Assembly: GCA_001600695.1 (NCBI GenBank)
Contig: BCKQ01000012.1
Location: 274,808-311,620, forward strand
Reading direction: 5' to 3'
Length of the DNA: 36,813 nt
Source of the DNA: Ascoidea asiatica JCM 7603
Lineage: Eukaryota; Fungi; Ascomycota
The position numbers were made by a program, and so were the translations under genes. The notes beneath the pieces were generated by a model that worked only from the letters and a program-made list of their open reading frames with translations, ran no database searches and was not told where the DNA came from. The stretch's first letter is position 1. Every line of letters starts with the position of its first letter. This document shows positions 21,701 to 31,003 of this stretch, in pieces.

Positions 21701-24700
21701 CCGTTCTTGTTCCTCATTATGGTGAAAAAATTTTACTTTCCCTCAAAGAAATTTTACGAGAAGATGGTAATTCTAGAATCTCATTGTTAGAATACTTGAA
21801 AAAATTGCATCCTGTTGAGTGGGAATGCTTTGTAAAAGATACTAAATTACTTTTTCAAGGCGTCACAAAAGCAGATGGGATTTTAACACCCCCCTCAGGT
21901 GGTGACTTGAGTGATGATTATTTCCTTCAAAGAAAAATCAATGACCTTCCCTTTTATTGTGTTGGCTTTAAAAGTAGTGATAGAGAATTCACGTTGAGAA
22001 CAAGAATATGGGCTTCTCTACGATCTCAAACTTTATACAGAACTGTTTCAGGTTTTATGAATTATACTAAAGCTCTCAAGCTTTTATACCGGGTGGAAAA
22101 TCCAGAAATGGTAGATAAGTTTACTTTTGCAATTAGAAATGTTGAATTAGAGTTAACAAAAATGGCCAATAGAAAATTTAGAATGGTGGTTTCCATGCAA
22201 AGATATACTAGCTTCAATGATGATGAAAAGTACGCAGCTGAATTTTTGTTAAGTGCTTATCCTGAATTATATATTGCCTACTTGGAGGTGATTTTTCCTT
22301 CTGAACCTGAGAAAGAGCCTGAGTATTATTCGGTTCTTATCAATGGAAATTCCTCAATAGATGAGAAAGGAAATCGAGTTCCAATATATCGAATCAAACT
22401 TTCAGGTAATCCAATACTAGGTGATGGAAAATCAGATAATCAAAATCATGCTATTGTTTTTTACAGGGGTGAATACATTCAAGTTATCGATGCTAACCAA
22501 GATAATTATTTAGAAGAATGCCTTAAAATCAGAGCTATTCTTGCCGAATTTGAAGAATATGATTTTCCCATTTCTCATCCATATCATGCAACAAATGATC
22601 TTGATTCTTTCACTCCAGTGGCTATTGTCGGAGCTAGAGAATACATTTTTTCTGAAAATACTGGAGCTTTAGGGGATGTTGCAGCCGGAAAAGAGCAAAC
22701 ATTTGGAACATTGTTTTCTAGAACATTGGCAGAAATTGGAGGTAAGTTACATTATGGCCATCCTGATTTTCTAAATGCTACATTCATGACAACTAGAGGT
22801 GGTATTTCTAAAGCTCAAAAAAGTTTACATCTCAACGAGGATATATACGCCGGGATGAACGCTGTATGTAGAGGCGGAAGAATTAAACACTGTGACTATT
22901 TTCAATGTGGTAAAGGAAGGGATCTTGGATTTAGCTCGATATTGAATTTTACTACGAAAATTGGGGCTGGAATGGGTGAACAACTCTTAAGTAGAGAATA
23001 TTATTATTTGGGCACTCAGCTTCCCATAGATCGGTTTTTATCATTTTATTATGCTCATCCTGGATTTCATATAAATAATCTTTTTATTATTTTGTCTGTA
23101 CAGTTATTCCTTTTAGTACTACTTAACTTAGGTTCTCTTACAAATGAGTCAATTCTATGTATGTATGATAAAAATGTTCCGATAACAGATCTTCAACTTC
23201 CAATTGGTTGTTACAATATTCAGCCTGTCAAGGATTGGGTTACTATTTTCATTCTTTCAATTTTTATTTGTTTTTTTATATCATTTCTTCCTCTTATACT
23301 TCAAGAGCTTACAGAAAGAGGAGTATGGAGAGCGTGGACGAGGTTTTTTCATCATCTCATATCAATGTCTCCCCTGTTTGAAGTTTTTGTTTGCCAAATT
23401 TATGCAAATGCCTTGGTAACTAATATAACATTTGGAGGTGCCCAATATATACCTACTGGAAGGGGATTTGCTACAGCTCGGGAATGTTTTTACGTTCTTT
23501 ATTCTAGATTTTCTATAACGTCAATATATTCTGGCTCGATGTTGTTTCTAGGTTTACTTTTTGGTTCTATAACAATGTGGCAACCTGCACTTTTATGGTT
23601 TTGGTTGACTATGGTTTCGATGTGTCTTGCTCCTTTTACCTTCAATCCCCATCAGTTTTGTTTTATTGATTTTTTTGTTGATTATAGGGAGTTTATTTGC
23701 TGGTTCTCTAGAGGAAATGCAAAATGGAAAAAAAATTCATGGATTACTTATATACGTTCTACTAGAAGTAGATACACAGGATATAAAAAAAAGGTTATTG
23801 GAGTTCCTTCTGAAACTGAATCCGAAAAAGTTTTAAGAGCTAGTAAAAAAAACACATTCGCAGGTGAAGTTGTTGTACCATTTCTTTTCTTAGGATTCTC
23901 TTTTTTCGGCTATGCATTCATTAATTCTCAAAATGGAGTCAAGCATGTACCTCCTACCAATTCGCTTCTGCGTTTACTTATAGTAACTTTTGGCCCAGTA
24001 GTGGTTAATATGGTTGTCTTGATTGTTGTATTCTTACTTTCCTGTGCAATTGGTACTCTTTCTGGTCTATGTTCTCTATTCAGAACAATCGGTAAAAGAA
24101 TAGGGACTATACTTGCCGGAGTTGTTCATGGCATATCAGTTATTGTTCATATTTTTTTTTGGGAAGTATTATGGTTTTTGGAAGGTATGAATTTTTCTAG
24201 AGCACTTATTGGACTGATATGTAGTATTTGTCTACAGAAGGTAGTGTTCCATTTTGTAACGATACTTTTTTTAACTCGAGAATTTAGGTTTGATGATGCT
24301 AATCAGGCTTGGTGGTCTGGAAGATGGTTTAGAAAAAGTTTTGGCTGGTTTCCTCCAATCCATCCTTTTAGAGAATTTTTTGTTAAAACTATTGAGTGTT
24401 CTTTATTTGCTGCTGATTTTGTTTTAGGCCACTTTTTGCTATTTATTCAAACTCCGCTTATTTTGTTTCCATGGACAGATAACATTCATTCTGTTCTGTT
24501 ATTCTGGTTAAAGTCTGGGGACTTCAAGAAGCCAATTTTAACTAAAAAAAAGAGACGATCGAGAAGTAATTTGGTTTTTAGATTCTGCATTTTATATTTT
24601 GTTTTATTATTAACATTTCTTGCTTTAATTATTGCCCCAAAATTTCTTATCAAATATTATGAGCATATTGGTGATGCTTTACCAACATTCGCTGGGCATT

Positions 24701-24834
24701 TACTTCAACCTGGTCAACAAAATAACAATGATACAGGTCCTATCAATGCGCCCTCAACTATTCCTAGAGAAAGGGTTCGATTAATGACGGAAGATGGGAT
24801 AGTCTCTTTAGTTACAATGCAGTCAAGTGCTTGA
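18727..24834 (+). CDS. FKS3: 1,3-beta-glucan synthase catalytic subunit, FKS3 (spore-wall) type
   Basis: GT48 motifs WGEANQVRFMPEC, FLTLSLRDP, RIWASLRSQTLYRT, LGDGKSDNQNHA, DANQDNYLEEC, HYGHPDF, LHLNEDIYAG. The segment YNIQPVKDWVTIFIL...HHLISMSPLFEVFVCQIY resembles Fks3 rather than Fks1 (DWIRRYTL). Confidence 0.85.
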   Translation: MGKKKNIYSGNEDHNSSNDDFSPDDERTNQMNNYESNNNNNYNNNTTINDNIDDNIDDNIDDNIDENIDENIDENIEENIDERQYMQAPLSTGIANSGYPDSNFEQDQEEEKRNNLKFPSKEFPSHRYPNSKYPIHEQKIPTHYNEDEDPIIDYDENYPALRNYKPINKNFDNNTDIKVLDVDTSDINTIETESTSNDSDNNNVNNDNDKDKDIIDKNNNSTDKEDDKFNQSLPIEIEKVKEIFENLQNKLGFQKQNKENVLDHFLKLWDSRASRVSSQIALNTIHADYIGGKNSNFRKWYFASILHIDGLQDLIIPDDLNPKFNKRISKKELKEIKKKKREDKVKKKEEEKKNKTGTPNKESNDLSNTIKVQIIGKDEDDEKKYVKEASEDKKDIILVLSDKKKNQVRERDFKTLTDQINGQKLAELEETWRLRMQYLTSEECITQIALYLLIWGEANQVRFMPECLCFIFKISYDYYVSDLCQKNENNLPEFDFLDRVITPIYKYIRDQVYSYDPNTNKLLRKEKDHEKIIGYDDINQLFWYRQGLKRIILKDKESLMELPRHERFLKLHEVQWDKVFRKTYLEKRTWVHALTNFNRIWIIHFSMFWFYTSFNSPTLYTKNYIQTVNNQPIAQTTFSVVSLGGTIACLLEFAATLTESCFIPRSWHGRQSIAPRLFFILALLVINVSPSIYILGMIPIDKYSKPALILSICQFVIAIITFIFLAITPLGALFGSYLRDKKNPFKFYASREFTAAFPKLRGRGRWFSYILWMCVFGAKFTESYFFLTLSLRDPIRNLSIMEMTRCIGDFWLGTFFCKNQARIVLLLLYIADLVLFFLDTYLWYIVCNCFFSVGLSFNIGISILSPWRNIYVRLPKRIYTKIMATKDMEVRYKPKILVAQIWNAIIISMYREHLLPIDNVHNLLYHQQPSDEMNKRAIKTPNFFVSQDDKKSHTDEFFPKRSEAHRRLSFFAQSLSTNLPETLSVSAMPSFTVLVPHYGEKILLSLKEILREDGNSRISLLEYLKKLHPVEWECFVKDTKLLFQGVTKADGILTPPSGGDLSDDYFLQRKINDLPFYCVGFKSSDREFTLRTRIWASLRSQTLYRTVSGFMNYTKALKLLYRVENPEMVDKFTFAIRNVELELTKMANRKFRMVVSMQRYTSFNDDEKYAAEFLLSAYPELYIAYLEVIFPSEPEKEPEYYSVLINGNSSIDEKGNRVPIYRIKLSGNPILGDGKSDNQNHAIVFYRGEYIQVIDANQDNYLEECLKIRAILAEFEEYDFPISHPYHATNDLDSFTPVAIVGAREYIFSENTGALGDVAAGKEQTFGTLFSRTLAEIGGKLHYGHPDFLNATFMTTRGGISKAQKSLHLNEDIYAGMNAVCRGGRIKHCDYFQCGKGRDLGFSSILNFTTKIGAGMGEQLLSREYYYLGTQLPIDRFLSFYYAHPGFHINNLFIILSVQLFLLVLLNLGSLTNESILCMYDKNVPITDLQLPIGCYNIQPVKDWVTIFILSIFICFFISFLPLILQELTERGVWRAWTRFFHHLISMSPLFEVFVCQIYANALVTNITFGGAQYIPTGRGFATARECFYVLYSRFSITSIYSGSMLFLGLLFGSITMWQPALLWFWLTMVSMCLAPFTFNPHQFCFIDFFVDYREFICWFSRGNAKWKKNSWITYIRSTRSRYTGYKKKVIGVPSETESEKVLRASKKNTFAGEVVVPFLFLGFSFFGYAFINSQNGVKHVPPTNSLLRLLIVTFGPVVVNMVVLIVVFLLSCAIGTLSGLCSLFRTIGKRIGTILAGVVHGISVIVHIFFWEVLWFLEGMNFSRALIGLICSICLQKVVFHFVTILFLTREFRFDDANQAWWSGRWFRKSFGWFPPIHPFREFFVKTIECSLFAADFVLGHFLLFIQTPLILFPWTDNIHSVLLFWLKSGDFKKPILTKKKRRSRSNLVFRFCILYFVLLLTFLALIIAPKFLIKYYEHIGDALPTFAGHLLQPGQQNNNDTGPINAPSTIPRERVRLMTEDGIVSLVTMQSSA
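18874..18972 (+). repeat. 12-bp coding minisatellite (DDNI then DENI), about 8 units
   Basis: gatgataatata units grading into gatgaaaatatt units in the FKS3 N-terminus. Confidence 0.9.
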
Positions 24835-25360
24835 TTGAAAGTATGTTTGTTAAATTTTGATAATATTTTGTATGTAATAGTAAATATAAAAATGAAGATT
24901 TTATTAAAAAGTTTTTGAAATAAAATTGTATGCTATATTTATGTGAACCAAAATTAAACTTAAAAGGCGCAACAATGATTAACGAAATGTTGTTTTTGTG
25001 CATTTGCTCATTTTTGAGCTAATGAGTGATATTTTTAAAACAACTAATGATAATTTTGAGAGAACAAGTGATGCTTAGAAAAAATATCATAAAATAAGCA
25101 TGAATAATTGAACAAGTTCTTGATTATTCACATGAAAATTAAATGGTAAAAAACTCAGATAACAGAGTTTAAAAGAATATAGAGTAACGAAAAATATGGG
25201 ATCAAAAAGAGAGTTCATATAATAATAAAAGGCTAAATATGAATGCTTAAGAATATTACATGATAATGATAATGGTAATGAAAAAATCAACAAAAATAAA
25301 AACTGATAATAAAAGCATAGTTCATTGAAATGATTATTTTTGATAAAAGCTTAAGTGAAT

Positions 25361-28015
25361 TTATTTTCCACTTCTGCTGATAGCAAAACCTACAAGTATT
25401 CCCAATGATAAAACTATGGCTGCACTAGCTAGCAACATCTCATTTTCAAATGAGAAGATTGGCTTTTTGTCATCATCATAAAAGCCATCTCCGCTATATT
25501 GAATCATTTTTGGTTGTTTTCCATTTTGCACTTGCCCATTTTTTTGAGAAAGTGCTTTACGTTTTGCGATTAAAATTGCCATAGCCTTTTTATCACGTAT
25601 CAACAAACTTCTCGAAGAATCTGGAATCTTTGATAAAGCATTATTATCTTCTGCAAAATCTTCAACTGGTTCTTGCCTATGCATCAAAATTAATTCAATA
25701 TATTTATTCTCCATTTTTTTATTAAAGTCAATTGCTTCCGTTAAATCCATATTTGATTCAATAATTATTTCATCGTCTTCATCGTCAATATATATGATAT
25801 TTTTATTCACAAGTTTTGAATGAAGTTTTGCTTCAATTGCTTTTTTAAGTTGGTCAAATAAGGTGATTTCATTATTTTGATTATTCGGTTGTTGTTCAAG
25901 CTTTATTTTATGAATGGATCTGGTTATATTATTTAAATCTCTAATTTTGAAAGTATAGCTTTCTTTTTGAATATTGTTTTGGCCTTGGGAAGTATGTGAA
26001 GCAGGATATGGATTAGAAAAGGTTGTATTAACTTCAGACTGACCAACAAAAGAAATTGAGTCTTCTGGTTTTACATCATCAAATATTTGCGCCCTTGTAA
26101 ATGGATTGTTCGTATTGTTTAAAGGAGGTAATTGATCTTCACCAGTATCTGTTAAACCATCTTCATAATCCTGTTCTTGCAAAGGAATTTGAATACTGCT
26201 ATTTCTTGGAGTGACTAAATTTGGATCGAAGTCGGTTGTTGACCTTCTTAAGGAGGCCATAGATGGGGAGTTTCTAACTTTTATAGGAGATTTTAGATTG
26301 AACGTTGACGACTTTCTCAAAGGAGAATTATACTGATTGGAAGCCATACTACCTGGGCCATTCATTATATTTGGGTTCATTTGTAGTAATGGACCTCCAG
26401 AAGTGTAACTCAAATCCGAAACAGATGAGGCGGTATCATCAAAAGTTCTATCTATTGATTTCCAAAATTTATCCCATGCTGGTCCAGTTGAATTGACAGA
26501 TGTTCCCGGAGTATCAAATGGTAGTTGCTGATGATTCTTATAGAAAACATTGTTATTATTACTTGTCATTAAAAAGGGCTGCGAGCTTGTTCTTGGTCTA
26601 TTTAATTGATTAGCGTTTTGTGTTTGAGAAGAATGACTCATATTATCACTTTCAGTATAATTATCCAAAGTTAAATATTCCTGACCTTTTTCGATTTGTA
26701 ATAAAGGATGATTTTCATCTTTATAGATTGCTTTATTTAGTTGATTCAATGCTAGACAAGTTAATTGTAAAACATCAACTATACCTATAATATTACGATC
26801 ATCGTCAATTACAGGTAAATTTAAAAAATGTCCATTATACATTAATTTCAAAGCTGATTGAACGTCTAAAGTTTTTAAGGCTAATTTTGGTCTAGCGGTC
26901 ATACAACGAGCTAAAGTACAAGATTCAGGATCTAAATCATTTGCTAATACTCTAAATACAATATCTTTTGAAGTGAAAATACCAATAACATTGTTTGAAG
27001 AATCATTGGTTGTACCATTCGAGATATTCATTTTTGATTTAAAATTTGAAGAAGTTGAGTCTCTTACTAAAACAGCAGTACATTTATTTTTTTTCATTTG
27101 TTCGGCAGCAGTTCTAACAGTTGCATTTGAATCTATGTAGATTGGTTCTGGATGATTCGGTTGATCTAAAACATCTTGTAAAGTTGGAGATTTCATCAAA
27201 TTTATCAAAGTTTTAATTTCATCCATTAAATCAGGATTCATTAAACTTGAGGCTTCACTCATATTATCATTATCATTATCATTGACATTACTTGATTGTA
27301 AATTTAAATTCATACTATCTAAATTTTGTAAAGATTGAGGATTTATTGAATTTGAATTTTGAGAGGTTAAATCATTCAAAACATTATTTAGATTTTTTGT
27401 TGAATTTGAAATTTTTTCTAATCTTATCATTACTTGATTGAAACATTTTGTTATATCTAAGATACCAATAATTTTATTTGGATTTAAATCATCTTTAATT
27501 GGTAAATGTCTAAAATTTTTAGACACCATTAAATTTAAAGCATCAGAAGCAGATAAATTCGAGTTATAACAAAAGGGATTTTTAGTCATGATATCTTTAA
27601 TCTTCAATAATTTTGGATGTAAACCTTTTGCAATTACTCTTAAGGCTAAATCTTTAGTTGTAAAGATTCCAATAATTTTATCAGTTATTGTTGCTTTTAC
27701 CATAACACAATTGATCTTAGTTTTTGACATTTTTTCAGCTATTGAATAAACTGAATCTAATGGAGAACATATTAATGGAGGGTCTGGTTTTAAAGTCATT
27801 ATTGAATTTTTAGTTCTTATTGAAGAAGAAAAATCTTTATTATTATTACTATGATTATGATTAAGATTATTAGATTTTGTGTTAGTTGTATTAATAGTTA
27901 AATTTACAGGATTTTTTTTACTAATGCTTTTAGATATTGAGATATCTTCAGATTGTGATATTGGATTTAAATTTTCATTATTAGAATCTGATATTGTTGA
28001 ATTAGTTGTAGTCAT
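25361..28015 (-). CDS. CBS-domain (two pairs) + PB1-domain protein with C-terminal transmembrane anchor; Mug70-like
   Basis: CBS motifs IIGIFTTKDLALRV, FRHLPI, IGILDITKC, IGIFTSKDIVFRV, GHFLNLPVID; conserved GPAWDKFW; PB1 (YTFKI...IIYIDDEDDEIIIESNMDLTEAI); hydrophobic tail MLLASAAIVLSLGILVGFAI. Confidence 0.88.
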   Translation of the reverse strand: MTTTNSTISDSNNENLNPISQSEDISISKSISKKNPVNLTINTTNTKSNNLNHNHSNNNKDFSSSIRTKNSIMTLKPDPPLICSPLDSVYSIAEKMSKTKINCVMVKATITDKIIGIFTTKDLALRVIAKGLHPKLLKIKDIMTKNPFCYNSNLSASDALNLMVSKNFRHLPIKDDLNPNKIIGILDITKCFNQVMIRLEKISNSTKNLNNVLNDLTSQNSNSINPQSLQNLDSMNLNLQSSNVNDNDNDNMSEASSLMNPDLMDEIKTLINLMKSPTLQDVLDQPNHPEPIYIDSNATVRTAAEQMKKNKCTAVLVRDSTSSNFKSKMNISNGTTNDSSNNVIGIFTSKDIVFRVLANDLDPESCTLARCMTARPKLALKTLDVQSALKLMYNGHFLNLPVIDDDRNIIGIVDVLQLTCLALNQLNKAIYKDENHPLLQIEKGQEYLTLDNYTESDNMSHSSQTQNANQLNRPRTSSQPFLMTSNNNNVFYKNHQQLPFDTPGTSVNSTGPAWDKFWKSIDRTFDDTASSVSDLSYTSGGPLLQMNPNIMNGPGSMASNQYNSPLRKSSTFNLKSPIKVRNSPSMASLRRSTTDFDPNLVTPRNSSIQIPLQEQDYEDGLTDTGEDQLPPLNNTNNPFTRAQIFDDVKPEDSISFVGQSEVNTTFSNPYPASHTSQGQNNIQKESYTFKIRDLNNITRSIHKIKLEQQPNNQNNEITLFDQLKKAIEAKLHSKLVNKNIIYIDDEDDEIIIESNMDLTEAIDFNKKMENKYIELILMHRQEPVEDFAEDNNALSKIPDSSRSLLIRDKKAMAILIAKRKALSQKNGQVQNGKQPKMIQYSGDGFYDDDKKPIFSFENEMLLASAAIVLSLGILVGFAISRSGK

Positions 28016-29110
28016 TTTTAATAAAAAAATCTGTATAAAGTTATTTAAATATGATTATTTTTTAATGATTCAATAAACTTCAAACCTGAAGTTTAATAAT
28101 ATTTGAAAAAAAAGTACAGTGATAGTGTAAAGAGATAATTAGATAGAAAGTTCCTGGAAGCGCATAAAGAATATATTAAATTGAATGAGAATATTCTATT
28201 TGCCAAAAAAAAAAGGATGTTTCTTGATGAAAAAAGTAATTCTAAAATTAGGAAATTTTTAATAATATGTACTTGAAATAAATTTGAATCAGGCAAGATC
28301 AAAATAATAAGATTGAAATTTATGGATAGTTGCTTTTTATTAATTTATTTAGAAATCCTGGAGATAAAATTGGGGTGAATTTGATAAATGATATGATTAT
28401 TCAGGCGATTCAAGACTTAGATAATAAATATTATTAAAAAGAAAAGCAGATAATAACGTTACCAATGAATTCCTCACAATAAAGCAGTAAATCTAAGGTT
28501 CCAGTGGATAAGTAACAATAAATAAAAGTTGAATATATAAAAAAATCGTATGGTGTGGTTTTGATATATTAATATTTAATTTATTATCAAATATTATTCT
28601 GAAATAAATAACTAATATATATCATTTTTTCATTTATTTTATTATTTATTTATTTATCTATTTATTATTGTATCATTCTTGTTTTGATTGTTTTGGTTCT
28701 TTCTTACCGGTTTTCTGCTGGCCAATCACAGGCCGCGTAGCACTCGTCAGCTAGAAATACCTGCCAGATCTGCCAGAAAAGAAGACATGAAAATAAATAA
28801 AAGAAGGTCTGTTACAAGTCACAAAAGATACAAGATATAAATGTATGATACAAGATTTTTTGTTGGAGATATATAAAAGAAAAAATAACAGTAGAAAAGA
28901 CATTAATGCATTTTTCAGATCAATTCTCCTCTGATGGTTCTTCAAAGCAGCGCTCATCCACTTCATGCTCCACTCCTGCTGGGAAAGAAAACTTTAGATC
29001 TGTCTAGCACAATCTGCCTACCAAAATAAAGCTATTATCATCTCGTCTATTATCAACTGCAAAGTCTAACTATTTACTCTTAAAAATTGATTAGATCATT
29101 GATATTAGTA

Positions 29111-31003
29111 TTAAAAAGAATGAGAATAACTCCTAATTGAGGTGTATCCAATGATAATTCTTTTCAATGTTTCAATCTCTTCCTCTTTATCTTTTTTCGA
29201 TGGGTTTGAAAATTTAATATCTTCATGGCTTGTATTCAAAAAGTCAATGAAGAATAGCTTTTCATCTTTTACTAAAATATTTCCTGGACTTAAATCTCCA
29301 TGCAAAATTCCCAAGAGGTGAATTTTCTTCAATTTGGAAACTCCTTGTTTCAACAACTCTTCTCTTAGCTTGAATTTTTCCTTATTATTCAAATAGTTAA
29401 AATTACTTTGAAAGGATACAGACCATAATGAATCGCCACAATCTTCCATGATCAAAATTGGTCCATTGATCATTCTCAATTTTCTTTTTAAACAATATTT
29501 TTGAGAATTATCAATGAAAAATTGATTGTAATAAATTAGTCTAGGTATAATTTCTCCTTGATATTTTTTTAATTTACTGTAAATTTCAATTTCATGTTCA
29601 TATATTTCCATTGGTGTTTTAAATTTCTTCGGAATTATAAAAGGATCTAATATTTTTACTATGCATTTTTCATCTTGGAGATATTCAATATCTTTGATGT
29701 CTTTAATATTTTTGATATCTATTATATTTTTGAAATCTTTAAAATCTTTCAATAATTTACTAATAATACTTTTAGAAACAGAAATAACTTGGGAATTTTT
29801 AACTTCTCCTAATTTTCTAAAATATCCTTCATGTGATATTATTTGAATCGGTAAACTCTTAACTTTATATCTATTACCATCACAAGTATCCTTATTGATA
29901 TAGTTACCTTCAAAAGTTCTCATAATATTTTCAAGAATTTCAATAATCCCTAAGTCTACTTTATTACATTTGAGCAAAAAACTTAGAAAAATTTCTTTTA
30001 TACCATAATTAAAAATTCCTTCATTGTTGAATTTCAAATATTTAAATTTTATTGGCACAATTTTGTTATTTTTATTATTACTGGGATAATTATAAATACT
30101 ATCAACATTATCAAACTCATTATAACCAAATAAGGTTAAATTTTTATCTGTTGAGATAATTTCAAACAAATAAAATGAATCTAAGTCTCCTAAAATAAAA
30201 TATTTACTCCCCGAATAGAGTGCATTACAAGTGGCCAGAGATAGATAGTCTAAAATCTCTTCTGATTTTTTTTCGGAAATTGGTTCTGTGCCAATGCAAC
30301 TATTATTATCATTACTGTTGAAAACATAATTTAATCCATTGCTCAAATAATCTATTGAACTTGTTATATTGATATTGATATCGGATATTAAAAAATCTGA
30401 ATATTCACTATAAGGTAATCTAGTTTCCAAATTTTTTCCTTTTTCAAGTAAGTCAATTAATGGCAATAATTGTTTGATTATATTTTTCGAAATCCATTCA
30501 CTTTCTTGATTTTGAATTATATTTCTTTCATTTCTTTCATTCGTAGTTGACAGAAATGAAGAATTTGAATACGATAAACAGGAATTAAAAAAGTAATTAT
30601 TATAATCTTTATTTTTGAATTTAATTAAAATTTCATTAATATTTGTCCCATTATCTTTTAATTTAGCAAACATTTTATTCATTGGGTTAATGAAACTTTC
30701 TAAAAACTCAGTCTCGTTAATCTCTTCACATTCATTTTTCATAGGAACAATATTTAATTGAAGAATTTGTCTTATATTATTGTTTCTATCTATATTTGAT
30801 TTTGGTTCGGTTATTGTAATACTATTGGAGCCATATTCTGATCTAAATTCATGATGTCTTTCAAATTTCCCAGGAACTAGTTGAAACCATTCATCAATGA
30901 TATCAACTACTGTTGTTTCTTCTGAGATCTCTTTGATATAGCTATTATTTCTATAAAGCTGTTCTCTAATCGATTTGATTTCCGAAGGTATACTAGTTCC
31001 CAT
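29111..31003 (-). CDS. Atypical protein-kinase-like protein with a long N-terminal region, possibly a degenerate restriction-endonuclease fold
   Basis: Kinase motifs in the C-terminal ~190 aa: IVK450, alphaC E471, YQGEIIPRL, ILIMEDCG hinge, HGDLSPGNIL catalytic loop, FFIDF; the C-lobe is truncated. The N-terminal assignment is inference only. Confidence 0.8.
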   Translation of the reverse strand: MGTSIPSEIKSIREQLYRNNSYIKEISEETTVVDIIDEWFQLVPGKFERHHEFRSEYGSNSITITEPKSNIDRNNNIRQILQLNIVPMKNECEEINETEFLESFINPMNKMFAKLKDNGTNINEILIKFKNKDYNNYFFNSCLSYSNSSFLSTTNERNERNIIQNQESEWISKNIIKQLLPLIDLLEKGKNLETRLPYSEYSDFLISDININITSSIDYLSNGLNYVFNSNDNNSCIGTEPISEKKSEEILDYLSLATCNALYSGSKYFILGDLDSFYLFEIISTDKNLTLFGYNEFDNVDSIYNYPSNNKNNKIVPIKFKYLKFNNEGIFNYGIKEIFLSFLLKCNKVDLGIIEILENIMRTFEGNYINKDTCDGNRYKVKSLPIQIISHEGYFRKLGEVKNSQVISVSKSIISKLLKDFKDFKNIIDIKNIKDIKDIEYLQDEKCIVKILDPFIIPKKFKTPMEIYEHEIEIYSKLKKYQGEIIPRLIYYNQFFIDNSQKYCLKRKLRMINGPILIMEDCGDSLWSVSFQSNFNYLNNKEKFKLREELLKQGVSKLKKIHLLGILHGDLSPGNILVKDEKLFFIDFLNTSHEDIKFSNPSKKDKEEEIETLKRIIIGYTSIRSYSHSF

